A DNA stretch of 64,000 nucleotides, from positions 64,001-128,000 of IMG/VR virus record IMGVR_UViG_3300032893_000004, one strand, 5' to 3'. The translations under genes and the position numbers were made by a program. The notes beneath the pieces were generated by a model. The model had not been told where the DNA came from, did not search any database, and was given only the letters and a program-made list of their open reading frames with translations. Source of the DNA: a virus. Position 1 is the stretch's first letter; each line of letters opens with the position of its first letter. Below, one piece after another: positions 18,749 through 28,152 of the stretch.

Positions 18749-19690
18749 TTACTCCGTCGACAGCTGGCGCTCTATACCAGGGACGATCACGTCGCGCCAT
18801 TGTCTCTCAGCGTGTTCGTAGGCCGACTGAAAGAAGTTGGCAGCTTCCACTGCAGGGTACATCCAACGGTTCTCTGCCTTGTGCTTCGAAGAAATCGTCC
18901 GGAACACAACTGTTTCTTTCTTAACTTTCTTTCCAACTTTGCGCTGGACCTGTACAGCGCCTTGTAGCTTGAAAATGCCAGCGTGCGGTGGTAGAGGTCT
19001 CATGCCACCGGCTCCGGTCTTAGCCGAATCCTCCGAACTGCGAGGGTTGGAGTAGAGCACGCCGGGCGCGAAGCCTGTAGCTTCTGCGGCGCGGATGTCG
19101 AGTTTCCGTATGATTCCTATCTTGGCTGTACCGTCGGAGTTCTTCTCGATGACAGTAGGTGATATGTTGTTCGCTTTCAGGTGAGCGAGCACGATGTTGG
19201 CTAGAATAGGATTAGCGCCTGGAGCCGGCTTCCTTCCTTCCGTCTCTTTGAAAGGAATAGCCCGATAGAGAGATCCGTCCTTCGCACGCTTGACGCCCTT
19301 GGCGCCCGGCTTTAAGAGCCAGTCACCCATGAACATTTCTTGTCGACCTTCTTCGAGCCAGCGGGCTCTCTCGTCCAATTCTACCATCCAGATACCGTCG
19401 GCGATCTTGATCCAGCGAAGATTCTTGACTGTTTGATCGATGCGCGGATCCTTCGAAGATACCCCGTGCGCACCTTTCCCTTCTTTGCCGATACCTAGAT
19501 AGTGCTCTCGCTTGAAGTTGGAATTAGCCCACTTCGTGTTCGCCTGATTGATGATATACGCGTGCGTCGCTATCGAGAGAGTTTCGACTGCTTGAACCAC
19601 GAGAGGTTCTACCTGGGAACGGGTCTTCTCAAGCTGCTCTGCTACGGCGGAGACATCTACCTTGAATCGGAATGCGGCGACGTTGTTCAT
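18749..19690 (-). CDS. Probable neck/tail completion protein
   Basis: WLEEG, YRAIPF, FRTISSK and WMYP resemble SPO1/Twort-like neck proteins; synteny. Confidence 0.5.
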   Translation of the reverse strand: MNNVAAFRFKVDVSAVAEQLEKTRSQVEPLVVQAVETLSIATHAYIINQANTKWANSNFKREHYLGIGKEGKGAHGVSSKDPRIDQTVKNLRWIKIADGIWMVELDERARWLEEGRQEMFMGDWLLKPGAKGVKRAKDGSLYRAIPFKETEGRKPAPGANPILANIVLAHLKANNISPTVIEKNSDGTAKIGIIRKLDIRAAEATGFAPGVLYSNPRSSEDSAKTGAGGMRPLPPHAGIFKLQGAVQVQRKVGKKVKKETVVFRTISSKHKAENRWMYPAVEAANFFQSAYEHAERQWRDVIVPGIERQLSTE

Positions 19691-20901
19691 CCATTAGCCC
19701 CTTCCGACGCCTTGCCTTCCTTGCCTTCTTCTGCATGAGCATTGTGCGAATCGACGGAGATCGGATTGCCTTTCCCATCCTTCACCTGGCCAGCGATCAT
19801 GCCGCGCCACTTCGCTTTACCATCGACGATGACCTTCTTCTTGCGGTTTCGCACCGTTCCGGGAGGAAGTGTCAAGCGTAGGGCCTTGTTCAGATCCTCG
19901 GTCATATCGGAAATTTCCGTCTTTACAACCGACGATTTCTTGGATTTGGCGACATCGACCAGCTTCTGGACGAGAGCGATGACCTTCTTGAACGCTTCCG
20001 GATTTTTCTCGTGAAGCTTCATAAGTTCAGGCATCTTTTCCTGCACGGACGTGAGGAGCTTGCCCAGCTTCTCGTTCGTTGCGTCGGAATCGCTGTCGTC
20101 TGAATCATCATCCGAATCGGAATCTTTGTCCTTTTTCTTAGACTTAGAATCCTCTTCGGAATCCGAATCTTCTTTCTTCTGCTTCGTTTCGGTCTTGGGT
20201 TTGTCCGTCTTCTTTTCTCCGGACATAGCCTCAAGCAAGCTGCCGGGCGGATTCTGTTCTTTTTGTTCTTGCTCCTGCTGCGCCTGCTGTTGCTGCTGAA
20301 GTTCGTTGGTCGGGCCCATGAGCATCTGCACGGTGGCGTTGACCATCTGAGCTTCCGACTGCATCTGCTGGTCAGCCGTGAGAGCCGGGACCACTTTTCC
20401 AACCGAGAACTTGTACGCGTCCGGGGCGGGCGATCCGGGATGATTCTCTTGGTCCGTACCGTTGATGTTCGGCTGGGGCTGAAACAGATCTGCTTCGAGC
20501 TGAAGAGTCTTGTTGAGCGAGCTGTACGACTCATCTTTCGGATCGTACAGTTCGATCTGGTTCGTAAACGTAGCTTTCTGGGCTGCAACGGACGCTTCTT
20601 TCAGATCCATGCCCATGCCAACCGCCATCAGCGATCCGAATACCTCTCGGTATCCAGCTACGATGAGAGGAAGTTCTTCAGCAATGGTGACCGGAAGCTC
20701 GATGATCTGGCGATCGTAGATCGATAATTTGACCGATCCGCCCTTGTCGCTGATAAGCTTGCTGATTTTTTCGCTTATGGCCTTGAGATGATAGTCTAAG
20801 TCCTTAGCTTCGGCGAAGTAGCCAGAATCGACAAGATCTCTGATCTTGTCGGCAACCGAATCGGTAGCTATCATGACCCACACACTAGTTTGGGTGCTCA
20901 T
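19687..20901 (-). CDS. Protein with an N-terminal degenerate mCpol/GGDEF-like domain and an acidic low-complexity tail
   Basis: Residues ~6-119 follow the mCpol pattern, but ATD replaces DGD and IYD replaces GGD. Confidence 0.5.
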   Translation of the reverse strand: MSTQTSVWVMIATDSVADKIRDLVDSGYFAEAKDLDYHLKAISEKISKLISDKGGSVKLSIYDRQIIELPVTIAEELPLIVAGYREVFGSLMAVGMGMDLKEASVAAQKATFTNQIELYDPKDESYSSLNKTLQLEADLFQPQPNINGTDQENHPGSPAPDAYKFSVGKVVPALTADQQMQSEAQMVNATVQMLMGPTNELQQQQQAQQEQEQKEQNPPGSLLEAMSGEKKTDKPKTETKQKKEDSDSEEDSKSKKKDKDSDSDDDSDDSDSDATNEKLGKLLTSVQEKMPELMKLHEKNPEAFKKVIALVQKLVDVAKSKKSSVVKTEISDMTEDLNKALRLTLPPGTVRNRKKKVIVDGKAKWRGMIAGQVKDGKGNPISVDSHNAHAEEGKEGKASEGANG

Positions 20902-21563
20902 GTCCGATCACCTTTACGCAAATTATCTTGCCACCACAATGACTGCAGATTAGTATAATGACACGCCTGCATCAATTGATCAAAATCCGTCAAATCAAAA
21001 GAATTCAAAGGCTTTTTATGATCGATATGCCACCCTTTCAGGCTATGATTGCTCCAAGACATCCCCTCTTCAAACTGACGTTCTAGATACAATTTCAGCT
21101 CTTCTACGGTGCATCCAAGTAAGGCAACCGCAGATCCTACCTTGGAATTGTTATTTAAAGCGTTGTTCAGTCTTTTTCGAAGCAAGTATCGAAGCCTAAA
21201 TTGAATGTCGGTTCGCCTTCTCTCTCTCTGACGGTCTGTTTCCTTTTGTCTTAACTCTGGGTGCGTTTTTCCGTACTCCCTCTTATATACCCTAAGATCA
21301 TCTTTATTAAGCGCACTGTATTCTTTTTGGTACGCGGTCACCTGAGCTTCATGTTCCGTTGCATATTTTTTATGCGATATTCTTCTGGCAGATTTGTGGT
21401 TTTCATAATCAGCATGATTCGCTGCGGAAATTTTTGTTTTATTGGCTTCCCTATACGCTTTTCTACAAAACTTACAATTAGAATGTTTTCCGTCACGTTT
21501 AGCAAGACACGTGTCGAAATCAGATAACGGTCTTTCTTGCCCGCATTTTGTACACCGTTTCAT
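20898..21563 (-). CDS. Free-standing HNH-type homing endonuclease
   Basis: N-terminal CTKC..CKFC; LGCTVEELK.YLE.QF.EGMSW.N...WHIDH..P...ACHYTNLQ.LW..DN..K; visibly AT-richer than its flanks. Confidence 0.85.
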   Translation of the reverse strand: MKRCTKCGQERPLSDFDTCLAKRDGKHSNCKFCRKAYREANKTKISAANHADYENHKSARRISHKKYATEHEAQVTAYQKEYSALNKDDLRVYKREYGKTHPELRQKETDRQRERRRTDIQFRLRYLLRKRLNNALNNNSKVGSAVALLGCTVEELKLYLERQFEEGMSWSNHSLKGWHIDHKKPLNSFDLTDFDQLMQACHYTNLQSLWWQDNLRKGDRT

Positions 21564-21578
21564 GATAATTCATCCTAG

Positions 21579-23504
21579 TTAAATGCCGTGATTCTTCTTG
21601 ATCAGCAGTCGGCTCTTCAAAGTGAGCAGGAAGAGTTTGACGATTTCAGGGTCGGCACCCTTCGCGAATTCCATCCCGTAGGAGCCGTCCGACTTTCGAA
21701 GCACCTTCACAAACTTGGAAGGATTACCTTCCTCGTCTTTCTTCATTACCAAGAAACAGGCGCACGGCTGGAACTGCGGATTGCCATCCTGTCCCTTCAC
21801 GAATTCCGGTACACCGCACTGAGAACAGGCGGACTTGTACAGCTGTTCTTCGGTAGCAGTCGATCGCATCGGCTCAGATTTGCCGAGCTTACTGCGGAAA
21901 TAGTCAGACTTGTTCATAGACGGCGGTTTCGGTGCGCCTGGAGTATGCGGCGGCTTGATCTTGCCTTTGCCGGACATCTGGGACTGCTTCGCTGCCTGAG
22001 CCGCCGGATTGTTACCGGGAGCGACCGGAGGCTTCGGCATCTGAGGCGGTTTCGGTGCCATCGGCTGACCGGCGCCTTTTGGCATCTCACCTTTGCCCAT
22101 TTCTTCTTTTTTAATTTTCAATTTGATGGAATCAGCATCGGCTATCTTGTCCGCAACTGCTTGACCCACCGCCGGGTCCATTTGATCCTTATGAACATGC
22201 TTCGGTAGATGATGTCCTTCGGTGGCGCGGTCCCATTCCTTTACTGCCGCTTCGCCGCCGAGAGCCCGTTTGCCTGCCGGACTGTGGCCCCAAGCAGCTT
22301 GAGCTTGGGAAGCCCACGGTTTCGAAAGCATTTCCATCTTTTTGCGAAAATATTCGTGCGCCTGGTTCTTTCCTGGCGATGCCGTTCCGACCGTATCTGT
22401 CCGCTGCTCTGTCGGATTCAGCGTTCCTTTTTTGAAAGGCGTCTCGGGTTCTTGGACAGGCTTATGATTACCTGGACCGAAAGGTTTTTCTTGGTGCGGC
22501 TCGTCAACGCGGGCGGCGCCGACAGGATCGATCTTCGGTTTCGTAGCAGGATCTTGAGTCGAACCAGATTCAATTTTCTTGTCCGACATAGGAGGATCTT
22601 GCTTCTTGAACGGTTTCTCTTCCTGCTGGGACGGAGCTTGTTTTCCAGGCTTGAACGGCGTCTGGGAACGAAGATTGACGGTTTCGTCTGTTCGATCTTC
22701 TCCAGCTTTCACCTTCTGGGGTTTTGTTGCCGGCTCTTCTAGATCTGTCGTATCCTTGCTCTTGTTACGGTCGAGCTGAGCGTACGAATCAGATGGGCGA
22801 ATCGTGGAAGTGTCAGCTCGTTTCCTGGTAGTATCGCTCATCTTCTTTTCCTCTTTGGCAGTTTCGTCAAGTTCAGACTCTAACCGTTCCCTTTGCATCT
22901 GCTTAGCGGTCAGCGCGTCGACGAGTTTGCCGATAACAGCGGTCATCTCCCTCACGTTGGCGTGAGACATGGTCCATTTTATGTTTTCTGGATCTTCTTT
23001 CGTCTGAATATTCGCCATCGAGATCATATGGCGGAGGGATTCGTGCTCCGGTGCCTCAGCTTTCGGCTCGGCTAGCTCAGGCTTCGCCTTGACCTCTTCG
23101 GCGACAAGATCGTCTGCAGTCTTCGGTTTGTCGAATTCGTGATACATCTCGCCTACAGACAACAGGTGGCCGGATGCCGCTGGTAGGGACTGCTTCTCGA
23201 ACTGGTGGATGACGCGTCCGCCTTGAACGAACTCCATGCGGTACTGGTCAGGAGCCTGCTTCTCGATGTGAATCATGATGTCGTCGCGGCCAGGAAACTT
23301 GATATCTTTGATCTCGCCCTGTCTCATCGGATTGATGTTTTGAACGAGCCAAGATAGAATCGTTCTCGGAACAACTATCAACGGAAGATAAAATTCGAGT
23401 GGATCAACGACGGCCTGAGTCCGCTGCTTGTATATGGCCTTTTCGAGAGTTTCATACCCTCGATCGCCAAGAATTGACTTGAGCAGCTTCTGACTGTCGT
23501 TCAT
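21579..23504 (-). CDS. Putative internal head polyprotein with C-terminal Cys cluster
   Basis: Folded N-terminus, K/P/E-rich repeats, CSQC...CAC, and many hydrophobic-x-K motifs. Confidence 0.55.
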   Translation of the reverse strand: MNDSQKLLKSILGDRGYETLEKAIYKQRTQAVVDPLEFYLPLIVVPRTILSWLVQNINPMRQGEIKDIKFPGRDDIMIHIEKQAPDQYRMEFVQGGRVIHQFEKQSLPAASGHLLSVGEMYHEFDKPKTADDLVAEEVKAKPELAEPKAEAPEHESLRHMISMANIQTKEDPENIKWTMSHANVREMTAVIGKLVDALTAKQMQRERLESELDETAKEEKKMSDTTRKRADTSTIRPSDSYAQLDRNKSKDTTDLEEPATKPQKVKAGEDRTDETVNLRSQTPFKPGKQAPSQQEEKPFKKQDPPMSDKKIESGSTQDPATKPKIDPVGAARVDEPHQEKPFGPGNHKPVQEPETPFKKGTLNPTEQRTDTVGTASPGKNQAHEYFRKKMEMLSKPWASQAQAAWGHSPAGKRALGGEAAVKEWDRATEGHHLPKHVHKDQMDPAVGQAVADKIADADSIKLKIKKEEMGKGEMPKGAGQPMAPKPPQMPKPPVAPGNNPAAQAAKQSQMSGKGKIKPPHTPGAPKPPSMNKSDYFRSKLGKSEPMRSTATEEQLYKSACSQCGVPEFVKGQDGNPQFQPCACFLVMKKDEEGNPSKFVKVLRKSDGSYGMEFAKGADPEIVKLFLLTLKSRLLIKKNHGI

Positions 23505-23513
23505 GGACCGTCC

Positions 23514-23915
23514 TTAGTTGTTTGAGCCGCTGTTCGGATTTAGCTGAAGATCGTCCTGTAACCAGTATCCAAAAGTCGTCGCACTGTTCGAGATGATCCA
23601 GTTATTCTGACCCATCGGGATTATCAAGTACGAGTTGGGCGGTACTGCGATACCATTCGACGGATTGGTAGGTGCCGAGACCGTATTGCTGGTTCCGAGG
23701 GCAACGAAAGAAGTCGATGTGGAGTTGTTGTAGACAGCCACAAGAGAACCGAGGTCGACTCCGACCGCCGCGTTCAAGGCGCCGAGATACTGCTGGACAA
23801 CGCCGAAGATAGGGCCCATGATCTTGGCCGCACCGGCGTACTGATTGAACGCGTCCTCGGTAGCCATATCGGCGCCATAGCGATCCTGCGATGGTTTTGA
23901 CCTAATTTTGTTCAT
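23514..23915 (-). CDS. Small virion protein (hypothetical)
   Basis: GGAG RBS; preceded by the CCTAATCTT motif. Confidence 0.55.
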   Translation of the reverse strand: MNKIRSKPSQDRYGADMATEDAFNQYAGAAKIMGPIFGVVQQYLGALNAAVGVDLGSLVAVYNNSTSTSFVALGTSNTVSAPTNPSNGIAVPPNSYLIIPMGQNNWIISNSATTFGYWLQDDLQLNPNSGSNN

Positions 23916-23938
23916 AAACGATCTCCTATGTTGCCCAA

Positions 23939-23949
23939 AAGATTAGGCT
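23939..23949 (-). promoter_or_regulatory. AGCCTAATCTT motif (putative late promoter)
   Basis: Repeated motif at a gene junction. Confidence 0.6.
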
Positions 23950-24882
23950 TCAAAGCATCCCGCCGTCTTTACCGCCGTCATTTGGACCAGTTACGCCGCC
24001 GACAGGCGGAGCATTCTGAAATCTCTGATCGGCTCGGGATCGCATCGGATCGTTGTTCTGGTTGCTCATGACGTTTTCGCGGTAGATCAGCGCCTGAAAC
24101 GGCATCCTCTCGACGTTTCGTTCGAAGGTCATCGGATCGGTGATCTGGCTGATGCGAATCTCATGCATCATGCGGGCGACCACGAAATATGGGGTGTACC
24201 GATACCGAACTGCAAAAACCGTTCCTTTCAAGGTCTTATCGTTCCAGCCGGGTCGATTCTGAGAGATCCAGCGAATCATACCTCCGTTCTCCCCGCGCTC
24301 GTTCGGCACGGTAAGCTCAAAATCCACTCCTTGCGTGTACTCCTTTCCGTCTGCGTCAATCAAGTACTCTACGAACGTGGCCGGATACTGGAGCTTGTCT
24401 AAGCCGGTCGAATTTGCTTCCAGGTATTGGAAGGCAACTACGCGAACTTCGACGTCTTTTAAATAAAAACGGTCGTACGAGGAAATCAGAACGTCTTTTT
24501 CAGGATCGTCCTCGTACTTCATCGGGCACGTCACAACTGCCGCGTCGTGCTTCGTAAGTCCTTCGACCTCGATTTCCCAGTCAGACGTGCTGGCCGAGAA
24601 CCAGATATGCATCGTGCCGGCTTCCTTGTATAGAAAACCGTCGGATGACGAGCGGGCGGCCAGGACGGCGTGGACGTCGCCTATAGAAGACATTCCGGTC
24701 GGATCCGGCAACGCCCGATAATGTACGACGTTGACGCCTTGCCCTTTGATCAAGTTGTCGAACGCTTCTTTGTCGAACGACTGCTGGTAGTGCGCCAGGT
24801 TGAAGATCTGCTGCATGCCGTCAACTGGCTTCGGATCTCGGCGGCGCGGGCCGCCACGACGCTTCGGATTACTTTGCGGCAC
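23950..24882 (-). CDS. Probable head-closure/neck protein
   Basis: FD.LIKGQG..V.HY.A..DP, YDRF and YTQGVDF...VRYRY.P resemble SPO1/Twort-like head completion proteins. Confidence 0.55.
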   Translation of the reverse strand: MPQSNPKRRGGPRRRDPKPVDGMQQIFNLAHYQQSFDKEAFDNLIKGQGVNVVHYRALPDPTGMSSIGDVHAVLAARSSSDGFLYKEAGTMHIWFSASTSDWEIEVEGLTKHDAAVVTCPMKYEDDPEKDVLISSYDRFYLKDVEVRVVAFQYLEANSTGLDKLQYPATFVEYLIDADGKEYTQGVDFELTVPNERGENGGMIRWISQNRPGWNDKTLKGTVFAVRYRYTPYFVVARMMHEIRISQITDPMTFERNVERMPFQALIYRENVMSNQNNDPMRSRADQRFQNAPPVGGVTGPNDGGKDGGML

Positions 24883-25336
24883 GGTATTCCTCGATGAGCG
24901 CAGCTGGCTCTGTTAGGGCGCAAGAACGAACGAGAGTACCTTTTGAGTATTCCGACGGAACGAAGTCTTGGGATTTCATAACCTCGATCCTGGCCGTGTC
25001 CAAGGAGTAGACCATGACGATATCCTCCGGGCCGACCGGCTTGTCGAACGACGGCATGAACATCATCTTGCGGAGCTTCTGAAAATGATCGTCCTGAGAC
25101 TTAGCCAACGATTCAGATTTTTGAAAGTTATCTTCCCAGTTGATCTTTTCTTTCTTGCCGGCGAGAAATCTAGCGATTGCCAGATGCGGCGCCGCCCCGA
25201 TAGAAGCGATGCCTTCCGGCGTCTTTACGAAGAAAGCGTGCAGACCGCCTTTGGTCAAAATATAAACCACCGGCCGGCCGTCCTCGGTCTTGCCAGCTAT
25301 CGCTTTGTCTTCGATCTGATCAGCTGAAATCTTCAT
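24869..25336 (-). CDS. Hypothetical protein
   Basis: Coupled ORF containing FQK-S and LAK-S motifs. Confidence 0.55.
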   Translation of the reverse strand: MKISADQIEDKAIAGKTEDGRPVVYILTKGGLHAFFVKTPEGIASIGAAPHLAIARFLAGKKEKINWEDNFQKSESLAKSQDDHFQKLRKMMFMPSFDKPVGPEDIVMVYSLDTARIEVMKSQDFVPSEYSKGTLVRSCALTEPAALIEEYRAAK

Positions 25337-26379
25337 ATCTTATCGTTTACTCTCCTGATATTTTCCATGACGCGACCCATCGGGTCCTTCATAGAGCTTG
25401 GAGTGATATCGTCAAGAGCATCGTCGCGCTTTCGGCCTGGATCGGGCTGATAGTTCGACGAATGCATAGGTTCAGCGGTCAGTTCATCTTCGCGCCTCTT
25501 GAACCAGTTCTTGACACGAGTCCGAAAATCTTCCGAATCGACGTTCGGCATCGTTTTCTTGACCGATGACAGGGCCCGTTTCGGCGCGAAGGGGTTTACC
25601 TTGTCGACTTGCTTGTACTTAGACACGTACTCGCTGTTGATGAGCTTAGAGTCTGGTATCTCGTCTGGGTGCAAGTTGTGACCGTGAAGCCACGAGAACG
25701 CAGCCCTGTGCGGGTCGCCCTTCTGCTTGGCCATCACGTGCTGCGCTAGCTGGCGAGCAAGGTTCAGCTCGACCTGCGGATTCTTCTTGAAATACTCTTC
25801 TGTCATGTCTCGCGACATGGTTTCCAGCTGCCGCATCTCCGGAGTGATCTGACCTTTCGCACGCATGCGCGTGGTCATCTCGTCGATGGTCGGCTTCAGC
25901 ATTCCCCACTTGCCTATAGCCTTGGATCCTTTGAACTTACCAGACACGATCGGCTTGTGCTGCGTGTTCTGGCCGCCCGACGACTCCAGCTGCTCGACGT
26001 TCCACAAGAACCGATCCATCGGATGCTTGCCGAAGTCAGTCGACGTCTCCTGCTTGCCTGCTTGCGTCGGCTTAGACGGTAACACAGTCGGCTTCTGGAT
26101 AGTGTGACCGTCTCCGGCCATCGCCGTCGATAACGAGAGCCCGAGCGCCAGCGCCTTGGCGCGCAGAGACTTTGAAAGATCCGCGTCTTCTACCCACGCA
26201 GACATCGCGTGGCCGGATAGATATTCTGCGATCGAGTCGACGGCTTCTCGCAAGGTATCGCACGACATGGCGATCTCGTTCGTCATCGGGAACATCGCGA
26301 AGACAGGATGCAGATCTTCGAAGTCCGCGATCTTGAACCACTTTCTTTCCGCATCCGGATACTGCAAGTATAAAATCAT
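25333..26379 (-). CDS. Protein with a lysozyme/lytic-transglycosylase-like domain
   Basis: EQLESSGG (catalytic E-S), AIGKWGML..T, AAFSW..G. Confidence 0.55.
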   Translation of the reverse strand: MILYLQYPDAERKWFKIADFEDLHPVFAMFPMTNEIAMSCDTLREAVDSIAEYLSGHAMSAWVEDADLSKSLRAKALALGLSLSTAMAGDGHTIQKPTVLPSKPTQAGKQETSTDFGKHPMDRFLWNVEQLESSGGQNTQHKPIVSGKFKGSKAIGKWGMLKPTIDEMTTRMRAKGQITPEMRQLETMSRDMTEEYFKKNPQVELNLARQLAQHVMAKQKGDPHRAAFSWLHGHNLHPDEIPDSKLINSEYVSKYKQVDKVNPFAPKRALSSVKKTMPNVDSEDFRTRVKNWFKRREDELTAEPMHSSNYQPDPGRKRDDALDDITPSSMKDPMGRVMENIRRVNDKI

Positions 26380-28151
26380 GCAGCCTTCCTTTCGTTCATA
26401 AGTCGCCTGAAGTGTTCGCCCCAGTGCGACAGAATTTCTTTCTTGTCGTCGGGAAGCTGATCGATGGCGTCCGCGATCGACTTCATGTGCTCATACTTGA
26501 AAGTTGGTTCGCCGGCACTCCAGTTTCTTTCAGAAAAGTGCCTAAGCATCTGATTCTTCACATCGATGTCTGGTTCGGAACGGATAACTTTCGTGGACAT
26601 GTGCGGATTCTCGACAACAGAACGGAAGATGTCACCGGCTTCTTCCGGCGTCATGTCCGTCATTATCTTCTTGATAGCACCGTGCAACAGAGATCTCTGG
26701 TTCATTGTGAGACGACCTTTCTTGTTCACTATATCAGAAATCGCGAAAAGTGCGTCTTTTTTATTTTTCGGCAGAGATCTCAGCTGTTTAGCTGTCACAC
26801 AAGGCCTTTCTTGCGGAATAATGCGTCCTGGCGAGAAACGATCGTCCAGTGACGATTCTTGCCACATAGCATCGTCGTTTGGGTCAGCCGACACGTTCGA
26901 GGCCCAGTCGTTCATCTTATGCCAGCGATCGTGGAAGTTGTCGCGGACATGCTTGCGGACCGATTCGTCCTTTATCGATTGAACCTGTGCGTCCATCTCG
27001 TCTCGAATCTTCTGGCCGTGCTGTTTCCACCAATCAACCAGATCCTCGTGAGAATGCCAAGCGTTCCGGTTTGGTCGCAGAGCGTGATCCAAAGAAGACG
27101 AATGCAAGTACGACATAGGTGTCTCTTTCGAGATGTCGTGGGTGTCAGACTGCTTCCAGTGCAGATCTCCAAGCTTCCTGTGATACTGAAAATTACGCTC
27201 GTGATCGATCGCGAGGAGTGGATTGGTACCGCGCGGAGTAGTCCAGTTGCCTATCATCAGATTACCGTTATGACGATCCAGATTATTAGCAAGATAGTCC
27301 ATCACTGCTATCTTGTGTACGTCCAGGGGATCAACGTGAGCTTCGATGTTGCGGCTGCCGCGAGACGATATGAGCTGTCCTATGGATTTGTGGTCCGGCG
27401 CGAACTTGCGAACCGTCAGAGGAACGCCGTCGTGCTCGTGAGTCGATACATCTTCCGAAAGATGCCCGATTCCGCCAGCATCGAATAAAGCTTTTGTCGC
27501 CATGGTAGCCCACCCCAAGATAGGATTCTTGACCCACCGCTTCGTGGCCGACTCGATCTTCTTGTGGTACGGCTTGGCCATGTAAATGTCATTCTCCCCA
27601 GACTGATGCACCATCTTGGCCGAAATGCCATTTTCATCCAGTTTATGCGGCTTATGAACCGTGTCAGACGACAGTATCTTCGTGTAATCAGGTGGCGCTG
27701 GGAATTTTTCGAGATGTTGTTTGTGATCGACCGTAAGATGGGCATCGGCATCATTCTTGTTAGCGACCCGATTCCAGTCTTTCGTTCTAACTTTCTTTTC
27801 GAGATCGTGCATCGTCAGATCAGACAAGATATATCCAACCTGAACAGAGAATTCTCCTACGGATTTTGCCAGGAGCGTGCGGTGGAAATTCGACGGCAGT
27901 TCAGCTAGCTTCTGCTGTCGGAATGAGCTAGATGCGTTATACTCCTCAGCGAATTGAAGCGGAGTCTTCCCGTCCATGACTCGCCAGAATATGGCAGGCG
28001 TCATGCCGTTGATTCGGTTCTGGAACGACTTCGAGAGATCTGGACCTATCTCAGACTGTAGATCGCGCAGGAATTCATCAGCAGAAATCTTCGGCATCTC
28101 TGACTTCTTGATCGTCCTGCTTCGTTGTTCCGCCCATTTCTTTATCTTCAT
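26376..28151 (-). CDS. PI3/4-kinase/HipA-like atypical kinase
   Basis: YMAKPY (ATP-binding Lys), MDYLANNLDRHNGNLMI (catalytic loop), LLAIDHE. Confidence 0.7.
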   Translation of the reverse strand: MKIKKWAEQRSRTIKKSEMPKISADEFLRDLQSEIGPDLSKSFQNRINGMTPAIFWRVMDGKTPLQFAEEYNASSSFRQQKLAELPSNFHRTLLAKSVGEFSVQVGYILSDLTMHDLEKKVRTKDWNRVANKNDADAHLTVDHKQHLEKFPAPPDYTKILSSDTVHKPHKLDENGISAKMVHQSGENDIYMAKPYHKKIESATKRWVKNPILGWATMATKALFDAGGIGHLSEDVSTHEHDGVPLTVRKFAPDHKSIGQLISSRGSRNIEAHVDPLDVHKIAVMDYLANNLDRHNGNLMIGNWTTPRGTNPLLAIDHERNFQYHRKLGDLHWKQSDTHDISKETPMSYLHSSSLDHALRPNRNAWHSHEDLVDWWKQHGQKIRDEMDAQVQSIKDESVRKHVRDNFHDRWHKMNDWASNVSADPNDDAMWQESSLDDRFSPGRIIPQERPCVTAKQLRSLPKNKKDALFAISDIVNKKGRLTMNQRSLLHGAIKKIMTDMTPEEAGDIFRSVVENPHMSTKVIRSEPDIDVKNQMLRHFSERNWSAGEPTFKYEHMKSIADAIDQLPDDKKEILSHWGEHFRRLMNERKAA

Positions 28152-28152
28152 T

